The translations under genes were made by a program, and so were the position numbers. The notes beneath the pieces were generated by a model. The model worked only from the letters and a program-made list of their open reading frames with translations. It had not been told where the DNA came from and made no database searches. This document shows positions 1 to 6,263 of a stretch of DNA of 10,487 nt, piece after piece; the stretch's first letter is position 1; the number at the start of each line of letters is the position of its first letter. Origin of the DNA: Hormoscilla sp. (lineage in GTDB: Bacteria; Cyanobacteriota; Cyanobacteriia; Cyanobacteriales; Desertifilaceae); contig JBFRWI010000229.1 of assembly GCA_051439505.1 (NCBI GenBank), forward strand, positions 1-10,487, written 5' to 3'.

Positions 1-205
1 CTTTGATACAGATAAACCAGTGGGTGAGGGCATCAAATGCCGATGTTCCTCCACACTTAGGCAGGTGATGGAAAATATAGCGGTAGGGTTCCTCTGGCTG
101 AGAAAATTGCATCCACCTGATTTTTGAGGCGCGGAGAATATGCTTTGCCTTTTTGGTAATTTTTTTTTCCATTCCTGCTATTTTTTTACTTTTGATCAAT
201 GGCAT
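1..205 (-). CDS. Sulfotransferase (Sulfotransfer_2-like), 5' part; runs off the window start
   Basis: Manual translation from ATG at 205: MPLIKSKKIAGMEKKITKKAKHILRASKIRWMQFSQPEEPYRYIFHHLPKCGGTSAFDALTHWFICIK. FHHLPKCGGTS matches the PAPS 5'-phosphosulfate-binding loop (F-x-H-x-P-K-x-G-G-T-S). GAGGT lies 9 nt upstream of ATG 205. Alternative in-frame ATGs at 214, 172 and 112. Not in the ORF track. Confidence 0.85.
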   Translation of the reverse strand, partial: MPLIKSKKIAGMEKKITKKAKHILRASKIRWMQFSQPEEPYRYIFHHLPKCGGTSAFDALTHWFICIK

Positions 206-278
206 AAAAATCATACCTCATAAAAAACAACTGGGATTTTTTTTGACGATTGTCAGTCGGTAATTCCGTTAAACAACA

Positions 279-307
279 TTGACACGAACCACCATCATTG
301 CTATAAT
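279..307 (+). promoter_or_regulatory. Consensus sigma70-type promoter
   Basis: TTGACA (279-284), 17-nt spacer, TATAAT (302-307), with an extended -10 TG at 299-300. Confidence 0.75.
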
Positions 308-318
308 TCATCCCAGCA

Positions 319-416
319 TACAGCACTTTTCAATAAGGTGATGTACAGTGAAAGCCTTGCTGTCACTGGGTTTCATCCCTGGATGCTGTACCTCATAATG
401 AGAGAGAAATGCTATA
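319..416. mobile_element. Degenerate TA-flanked MITE-like inverted-repeat element (IS630-like end pattern)
   Basis: Left end TA-CAGCACTTTTCAATAAGGTGATGTACAG; reverse complement of right end TA-TAGCATTTCTCTCTCATTATGAGGTACAG. Internal hairpin TGAAAGCC-N11-GGGTTTCA (349-375). The family link is inferred only from the TA flanks and end pattern. Confidence 0.55.
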
Positions 417-439
417 GATGCCGAGTGCCATCATCGTTC

Positions 440-3031
440 TTAAAACCCGATGCTGGGTGTGGTCAACGGCGCTTCTGCTTCAATACCAGTGACTTGCGGG
501 TCGCATTGCTGCAAGAACTCGATAATTGCCTCTGGAGTGATGCGGGTAGCATCTGGGGCTAAAGCGCCGCTAATCAGAGACTCCCCTGTAATTTCAAACA
601 TATAGCGCATTATCAAAATGCCGTCAGTTTGAGCATCTGCAACCCCATTACCATCCACATCCAGCATCGTGTCACGGGCGGAGTCCAGGTAGTTTGTAAT
701 CTCATCGATCGTCTTCGGGTTTGCGCCTGGGCCGATCGCGCTGCCAAATACATCCTCCATTACATCATGATCTATTGCTTCTAAATTTCCGAAGAATAGA
801 TAAAACATAATCAGGCGACCGTCAGTGAATGGATCTATTTCCCCGTTGTCGTCTATGTCCAGGCTACACCCATCTGCTGGTGGTTCTGAATCCCCCGAAA
901 ATTCGTAAGCCCCACTATCAACGCTCGCCCTACCGTTTCCATCTCCATCTATCGGACGTTCTGTCCCCAACTGATCGGTCGCCGGTGCCCCGCCATTCAC
1001 CCCACCGTCAATTGCAGGACTTCCTGGAAGCAGCGGATGCACCAGGACGCCATTAATCTCTTGCAATTCATCCAACATGGGATCCGCCAGGGTAACCCCT
1101 GCCGTAACGAGAGTGTCTTCAACTAGAGGGCCTTCTGGATTTTCTGCCACATATTGAATATTCCCGCCACCATCCCTTAATTGATCTGTCGTATTTTGAT
1201 TTCTCTTGATTCTATTGGAGGGCTCATCCGCCACATTATAGGCAACAATGCTATTAGTGAGAGTCACATTTGACCCACCACGTACAAATCCCCCACCCGC
1301 TAACCCTGCGTAATTATTTACAACGGTAGTATTGATTATCTCTATGTCAGTACTTCTGTTCAAAGTCAATCCACCGCCACTACCAAAATCGCCATCAACG
1401 GTAGAAGTTGCCCTGTTGCCTGAAAATGTACTGTTGCGGATGGTGGCTTCGCTCACATTTTCTGACACAAAGAATCCCCCACCCTGACCGCCTTCTGCCA
1501 CATTGTTCGCAAAGGTTGTGTTAGATATCTCTCCTGTCCTTCCTCTGCTCAACATCAGACCACCACCATTTGATGACCCCATCGAATTTTGAATCACCCT
1601 GTTATTGATGATGGTATTGTTTTCCACTATTATTGTGTCACCCCCATAAGCCTCCAGGCGCATTGCCCCACCCTGTCCCGCAGCTATATTGTCCTCAAAG
1701 TGACTGTTGCTAATCCTAATTATCCCAGAAGTGCTGCCATCATATTTTGCTGAAGCGCCATCGGTGTAGATTGCACCTCCAAAACCTTGTTGTGTCCTAA
1801 AATCCTCTCCACCACCCGCGGTGGTGTCGTTCCCAATAAAGTCCGAGTTTTCTACTATCAGTTCTCCCAACAGGGTATTTATTGCACCCCCACCTATCCC
1901 ATTATTATTTCTAAATGTGCTTCCCGTTACTGCCGTCGCGCTTTCACTTTTTACCGCGATCGCCCCACCGCCCCGTTCACTTTTTTCTGTTGCAGAATGG
2001 TTTGCTAACGATGTATTCTCCTCAAAGTGGGAATCGATTATCGTATTTATACTGCGAAAACCAGCAAATATTCCACCTCCGCCTTCCCCGTTGGCGAAGT
2101 TGTTCTTAAATGTCACCCTCTCTATTGTTAATATCGTTCCACTGTTTGTGCGCAGTCCTCCCCCCGATCCATCCTCATCTACCCCTGTTACTCGACCATC
2201 AGCGATCGTCAAATCCCGCAGGGTTAAATCTATCGATTTAAGTGACCAATTCGTCGCCTGAACGTCAATTACCCGAAAGCGCTCATTTCCGCTTATTGTT
2301 AGACCAGGCGCATCTACACCATCGATTATCAGGTCTTTGTCCAGAATTTCTAGTTGACCACTTGTGAGGGTTATGGTTCTATTTGCCAAGCTGCTGTCAA
2401 ATATAATTGTCTCCCCATCCCTTGCCTGGGCGATCGCCTCCCTTAACGAGCCTGCACCTGAGTCATTAGTATTGGTCACCGTGATTACCGAACTTAACAG
2501 GCCACTGTAAGCTTCCCTTACCTCCGGTGTCAATGCCAAATCAGCTACAATTTCGCCAGTGCTATACTCTAAATTCCAGTCTCCACCTGCCCCAGCATTG
2601 CCTGTATCATCTTCAGAGGCAGCCATCATTGCTCCCGTTATTTCCCCCAGGCTATCGATCAACTCTTTCCCTCGATCGTCCCCTGCCACTTGACTGGCGT
2701 AAACCAGCATACAAGCTTCTGGACTCAGTGCCTCTGTCCACTGGGACAATTTACTTTCGTATCTTTCTATTGTCTTATTACTTAGGGCTCCATTCCCCAG
2801 CTGTATCTGACCTGGACTGCCGTCTGAAACTATATGAAGAGCATCTATTACTCCTGTTGAAGCTGCCGTGTTAATGATTGTGGTTATTTGTTCTATGCCA
2901 TCGCTATCCCCTGTTAAAACATGCACCTCCACCCCCTCTTCTGCACCAGCTACCAGTTCTTCGTAGTTTTCTACACCGGAGTCAATAATTAGCAGGGTTT
3001 TCGATTCTTGATTATTTGCTGAGGTACTCAT
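440..3031 (-). CDS. Large extracellular/surface protein: N-terminal DUF4347, parallel beta-helix (Pmp-like GGAI/FxxN repeats), choice-of-anchor Q-like segment, C-terminal tandem Ca-binding dockerin-like repeats
   Basis: 863 aa. DUF4347 motifs LLIIDSGV, DGIEQIT, TGAMMAAS..TG..GGDWNLE. VTNTNDSGAGSLREAI starts the beta-helix region. Repeated GGAI/GGG and FxxN motifs. PLLPGSPAIDGG...DQLGTERP...DSGAYEF. Two LD(I/V)DxNG...TDGxLIMxYxF repeats. Confidence 0.88.
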   Translation of the reverse strand: MSTSANNQESKTLLIIDSGVENYEELVAGAEEGVEVHVLTGDSDGIEQITTIINTAASTGVIDALHIVSDGSPGQIQLGNGALSNKTIERYESKLSQWTEALSPEACMLVYASQVAGDDRGKELIDSLGEITGAMMAASEDDTGNAGAGGDWNLEYSTGEIVADLALTPEVREAYSGLLSSVITVTNTNDSGAGSLREAIAQARDGETIIFDSSLANRTITLTSGQLEILDKDLIIDGVDAPGLTISGNERFRVIDVQATNWSLKSIDLTLRDLTIADGRVTGVDEDGSGGGLRTNSGTILTIERVTFKNNFANGEGGGGIFAGFRSINTIIDSHFEENTSLANHSATEKSERGGGAIAVKSESATAVTGSTFRNNNGIGGGAINTLLGELIVENSDFIGNDTTAGGGEDFRTQQGFGGAIYTDGASAKYDGSTSGIIRISNSHFEDNIAAGQGGAMRLEAYGGDTIIVENNTIINNRVIQNSMGSSNGGGLMLSRGRTGEISNTTFANNVAEGGQGGGFFVSENVSEATIRNSTFSGNRATSTVDGDFGSGGGLTLNRSTDIEIINTTVVNNYAGLAGGGFVRGGSNVTLTNSIVAYNVADEPSNRIKRNQNTTDQLRDGGGNIQYVAENPEGPLVEDTLVTAGVTLADPMLDELQEINGVLVHPLLPGSPAIDGGVNGGAPATDQLGTERPIDGDGNGRASVDSGAYEFSGDSEPPADGCSLDIDDNGEIDPFTDGRLIMFYLFFGNLEAIDHDVMEDVFGSAIGPGANPKTIDEITNYLDSARDTMLDVDGNGVADAQTDGILIMRYMFEITGESLISGALAPDATRITPEAIIEFLQQCDPQVTGIEAEAPLTTPSIGF

Positions 3032-3160
3032 ATGATTTGGGATTTTATATTTTGCCTTGCTTTACACCAGTCTTCCTAACTGCTAGCATCTCTTTGACAT
3101 AGCTTTTATCATTCTACCTTGCATCTATCCAGAGCTGGCAACGGTGAATCTACCGTTACT

Positions 3161-4069
3161 TCAACGACTCTGGCGATCGAAAATAGTTGCCCAAAGTAGC
3201 CTCCTATAGGGGAGTAACCAATAAATTGGCCACATTATCCCCCCATGTCGCTTCATCAACAGCTTCCACTCTCCCCAGGGTTGGAGTGTCACATCTTGGA
3301 GAGCTAAACCCTTGGGTCGAGCTATTTTTTGTAATCCCTCTCCCAACTCCGGAGCAGTTCCTGGTTCTGGCTGAGGGTTTCTGGCACAGGTTCCCTGATA
3401 ACCAGGAGCCACCCATACTGTACATCCTTGTTGTTTAGCCCGCAAGCCATAGTCCCAATCTCCGGCGTAATGAGTCAAAGCTGGATCTAAGTTTCCCACC
3501 ACTTGCACCACTTCCCTGGGAATTAGCACAACGTTCCCACACATGGTATCGCAAGGTTTTGCCGTTTCACCCGGTGGGACGGGGCGACACTTCAAAGGAG
3601 GATACAAGCCGCCAAATTGGACATACCCGCCGTAAGTTAATTCGCCGGTCTCCGGATCTTGTGTAGACCCCGCTACTATAGCGTTGACATGACCTTGTGC
3701 CGCTAAATGCTCTCTTGTTGCCAGCAAGGCATTCAAAGCATCTGGGTAAAGCATTGTGTCGTCATTCAGCCAGAGGTAGTAGTCGTAGTCCGATTTTAAT
3801 GCCTCTGCAAAGGCTAGGCGCATCCCTCCATTCCAAAACAGGTTGCCATCTCCTGGGATGATCTTCACCTGAGGATAGGCTTGACTCACCGCATCACCGG
3901 TTCCATCAGTACTTCCATCGTCCACCAGATAAACCATCAGGGAAAGCTCACCGAAAGGTTCTTGGTTAAAAAGCGCTGCTAAACTGGCCAATGTCTTGTC
4001 CTTGCGGTTATAGCAACTGATCAGGACTGCGATTGCTTGACTATTGTCGCTCATCTGGGATCTTGCCAT
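3161..4069 (-). CDS. Glycosyltransferase family 2 (GT-A fold, WbbL/rhamnosyltransferase-like subgroup)
   Basis: 302 aa. ISCYNR, LVDDGSTDGT, GNLFWNGGM, WLNDD, GNVVLIP and DWDYGLRA motifs. Start could be 4069 or 4054. Sugar specificity cannot be read from the sequence. Confidence 0.92.
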   Translation of the reverse strand: MARSQMSDNSQAIAVLISCYNRKDKTLASLAALFNQEPFGELSLMVYLVDDGSTDGTGDAVSQAYPQVKIIPGDGNLFWNGGMRLAFAEALKSDYDYYLWLNDDTMLYPDALNALLATREHLAAQGHVNAIVAGSTQDPETGELTYGGYVQFGGLYPPLKCRPVPPGETAKPCDTMCGNVVLIPREVVQVVGNLDPALTHYAGDWDYGLRAKQQGCTVWVAPGYQGTCARNPQPEPGTAPELGEGLQKIARPKGLALQDVTLQPWGEWKLLMKRHGGIMWPIYWLLPYRRLLWATIFDRQSR

Positions 4070-4350
4070 TGAGGTTGCCTATGCACTATTATAGTAGTAT
4101 TCTTCCAGATGGGAATGCCTCTACCTTGGCCTTCCCGGTATGCGCCGGTTGCCATCTGACAGAACTCCAGCATATACCAGTTCTGCTCAAGCATACATTA
4201 CAAAATGTAATTAAAATTTTTACAGAGGATCCCAATTTTCCTTTGTCGTCAGTTACCTGTGACCGTTAGCCACTGGCTGCTGCTGATGATGGAGTTGCAA
4301 CTAAGTGCCTAGAAACCTACACATCTCTCATATTTGAGGTCAACTTAAGT

Positions 4351-4392
4351 ACATTATGAACTAATCAATGTAACCAAAGTATTACTGATTAC
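4351..4392 (-). promoter_or_regulatory. Possible NtcA-activated promoter facing the GT2 gene
   Basis: Minus strand GTA-ATCAGTAA-TAC (4392-4379), 22 nt, then TAATGT (4356-4351). Matches GTA-N8-TAC-N22-TAN3T, but lacks the preferred flanking T/A and lies in AT-rich DNA. Confidence 0.35.
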
Positions 4393-4665
4393 CGGATTTT
4401 TACGCTTGGCAGTTGGAGTTATGTTGTGTGTATAGTCATAAATACAAAATTAATGAAGCTAATGCAGTGCAGGGAAAAACGACCATTTACTTCTCAATTA
4501 TAAATGAAGTATGAATATCAACCCCCAGCCCAAGCAGTCAGTTCTTGAGCATAGGATTTTCATGAAGATCAAACCATTATAACTACGTCGTCGGTCGGCC
4601 CAAGAAGCAATGGAGATTGTTGGAGATTATGGGCTGAAAACCTTACTATAGGGCCTGTTTTCAGC

Positions 4666-4817
4666 GGGTGTGGTCAAAAGTAGTTGCGGCGGATCCCCCC
4701 CAAACCCCCCCTTGCAAAAGGGGGGGCAACCGGTGCGCCCCCCGCATCTTCGGGGGGTTTGGGGGGATCCGGCGACTGGGGTACGCGATGTTCGATCAAC
4801 GGGTTTTGACCACACCC
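4666..4817. mobile_element. MITE (152 bp, non-autonomous)
   Basis: Perfect 14-bp TIRs GGGTGTGGTCAAAA (4666-4679) / TTTTGACCACACCC (4804-4817). Exact 9-bp flanking direct repeat GTTTTCAGC at 4657-4665 and 4818-4826. GC-rich self-complementary interior, no transposase. Confidence 0.92.
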
Positions 4818-4893
4818 GTTTTCAGCTTGAATGTTGCCCCCCACGAAACGCTATATTCCAGAACACAAGCATTTTAGAAAACGGGAAAAAACC

Positions 4894-5847
4894 ATGGAAG
4901 ACTTTGGTATCATTATTGCCTGCTGCGATCGGGATTACTCATTGACGAAAGGCTGTTGCGCTTCGATCCGATATTTTATGGGGGATGTTCCGATTTGCTT
5001 GCTCGTGGACGGCACTTTTTCAGTCAGTTCTCTAGAAAATATTTATGGTGTTAAAGTGATCAATCATAATAATGTTAGTCATGAAGTATTGAGAAAAAGA
5101 AGTTTTGGCTGGGGAATTACCAAGATGATTTCATTTTGGTATAGTCCTTGGGAAACATTCCTGTTTCTGGATGCTGATACGATCCTGTGGGGTAATGTAG
5201 CAAAATTCGCAAATTTTCAGGAATATGATGCAATAATCGACAAGCCATGCTATGAATATTCAGATGAAAATATTTCCAAATATTTCTTTGACATTAAGAG
5301 TGTAGAAAAACATTTTCCAGATTTTAATTGGCAGGCGCATCGAGACCAGTTTTTTTGCACGGGAACATTTTTTGCGAGACGAGAGATGTTCAGTTTAGAA
5401 GAATATATAGAGATATTAGATTTTACCGAAAAACATCCCAACATATTTAAGTTGGGAGAAATGGGTTTTTTGAATTTTATGCTATTCAAAGCAGCAGATG
5501 AGGGTAGAATTCGTCTGGGACATGAAGATATGCAGGTTCTTGTTGCAGATTTTAGCAAAAATGAGCTAAAGCAGCGCTTTCCCATCACAGAAAGGGGTCC
5601 GGTTGTTCAGAATGAAGAGGCTGCTGTAATTCACTGGGCCGGTGCGAAGCGGCTGTTGTCAATGTATAGGACTTATACAGAACCAATGAATTTCTGTCGG
5701 CGGCAGTTTCTTCAGCAAGAGAAGGGATATACCGGTAAAATGGCAGATGTTTGGCTGGCAGGGGAGGATGTTTACAGCATGATTCTAAAATATAAGAAAA
5801 AAGTTCATAAAAAACTGAAAAAGTTCTCTAAAGTGATTGGGAAGTAA
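4894..5847 (+). CDS. Putative nucleotide-diphospho-sugar transferase (GT8-like, GT-A fold)
   Basis: ORF track 4831-5847. ATG 4894 (MEDFGIIIACC) is preferred because the upstream extension starts right next to the MITE. Motifs KMISFWYSPWETFLFLDADT (DxD), FCTGTF, EMGFLN and VIHWAG parallel the GT8 motifs LYLDAD, FNSGV, DQxxLN and IIHF/YxG. Confidence 0.7.
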   Translation: MEDFGIIIACCDRDYSLTKGCCASIRYFMGDVPICLLVDGTFSVSSLENIYGVKVINHNNVSHEVLRKRSFGWGITKMISFWYSPWETFLFLDADTILWGNVAKFANFQEYDAIIDKPCYEYSDENISKYFFDIKSVEKHFPDFNWQAHRDQFFCTGTFFARREMFSLEEYIEILDFTEKHPNIFKLGEMGFLNFMLFKAADEGRIRLGHEDMQVLVADFSKNELKQRFPITERGPVVQNEEAAVIHWAGAKRLLSMYRTYTEPMNFCRRQFLQQEKGYTGKMADVWLAGEDVYSMILKYKKKVHKKLKKFSKVIGK

Positions 5848-5930
5848 AGGAATTGGGGTCTCCTGGGTTTACCCATTCATAGCGCGTCCATTTTAACATT
5901 GTGGGTAACCCTACCTCCCATTTCCCCTTT
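5846..5930 (+). terminator. Imperfect stem-loop after the GT8-like gene (possible terminator or stability element)
   Basis: GGGTTTACCCA (5865-5875) pairs imperfectly with TGGGTAACCC (5902-5911). Outer arms AAAGGAATTGGGG / CCCATTTCCCCTTT. The loop is long, so this is not a canonical terminator. Confidence 0.3.
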
Positions 5931-6000
5931 ACCATTTAAAATTTACCCTTTCACTAGGTACTGGTAGCTAGGTTGAGAGGATGGGGGCGCAAACAATGAA

Positions 6001-6203
6001 ATGAAGGTAGTTAATAAAAAAGTTGGCTCGCGCCTCAAACCATACCTGCGATGGTTAATATGAGGTGGGACGATATTCTTCTTGCTCAAAGAGTTGAAGG
6101 ATAACTGGCAGGAAGTGCTAGCGATCGCCCTAGGCAGGTGGGATGGTTCTGGGATCCATATCTGGTCTGGCTGGATCTGGGGTTTGATTTTGCGGGAATT
6201 CGA
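6001..6203 (+). pseudogene. Decayed duplicate of the 5' end of the UPF0104 gene at 7855
   Basis: 6030-6203 aligns to 7884-8087 with about 8-9 substitutions, a 1-bp deletion and a net 29-bp deletion. In-frame ATG at 6001 gives MKVVNKKVGSRLKPYLRWLI*, with TTA changed to a TGA stop at 6061-6063. Confidence 0.92.
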
Positions 6204-6263
6204 GAGATCCCTAACTCCAAACTCCAAACGAAGACTCCTTCCCTCGTGTTATTAGGCATAGAG

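Noticed and set aside
338..562. 74-aa plus-strand ORF downstream of the consensus promoter
   Set aside because: It runs through the inverted-repeat element and antisense into the DUF4347 gene, with no recognisable motif. A non-coding transcript is more plausible, though a peptide is not strictly excluded.
3138..3159. Hairpin AACGGT-GAATCT-ACCGTT right after the GT2 stop codon
   Set aside because: Short stem with no U-tract on the minus strand; not supportable as an intrinsic terminator.
829..3438. Short ORFs overlapping the DUF4347 and GT2 genes (829, 1787, 1821, 1915, 2527, 3187, 3204)
   Set aside because: Antisense or alternative-frame shadows of well-supported CDSs, with no motifs.
4033..4269. 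78-aa ORF and small palindromes (CAGAACT...AGTTCTG; ATTACA-AAA-TGTAAT) in the divergent intergenic region
   Set aside because: The ORF has no RBS or motif and overlaps the GT2 start. The palindromes are short and cannot be tied to a regulator.
4611..4826. Repeats that might suggest a CRISPR array or leader (TGGAGATTGT/TGGAGATTAT tandem, palindromes)
   Set aside because: No regularly spaced 25-40 bp repeats with unique spacers and no cas genes in the window.
4627..4945. Three overlapping short ORFs (62, 69 and 91 aa)
   Set aside because: Artefacts of the GC-rich, stop-poor MITE; no transposase motifs.
6138..6263. N-terminal 42-aa extension of the GT-C ORF in the ORF track
   Set aside because: It derives largely from an alternative frame of the duplicated flippase fragment; ATG 6264 directly precedes TM1.
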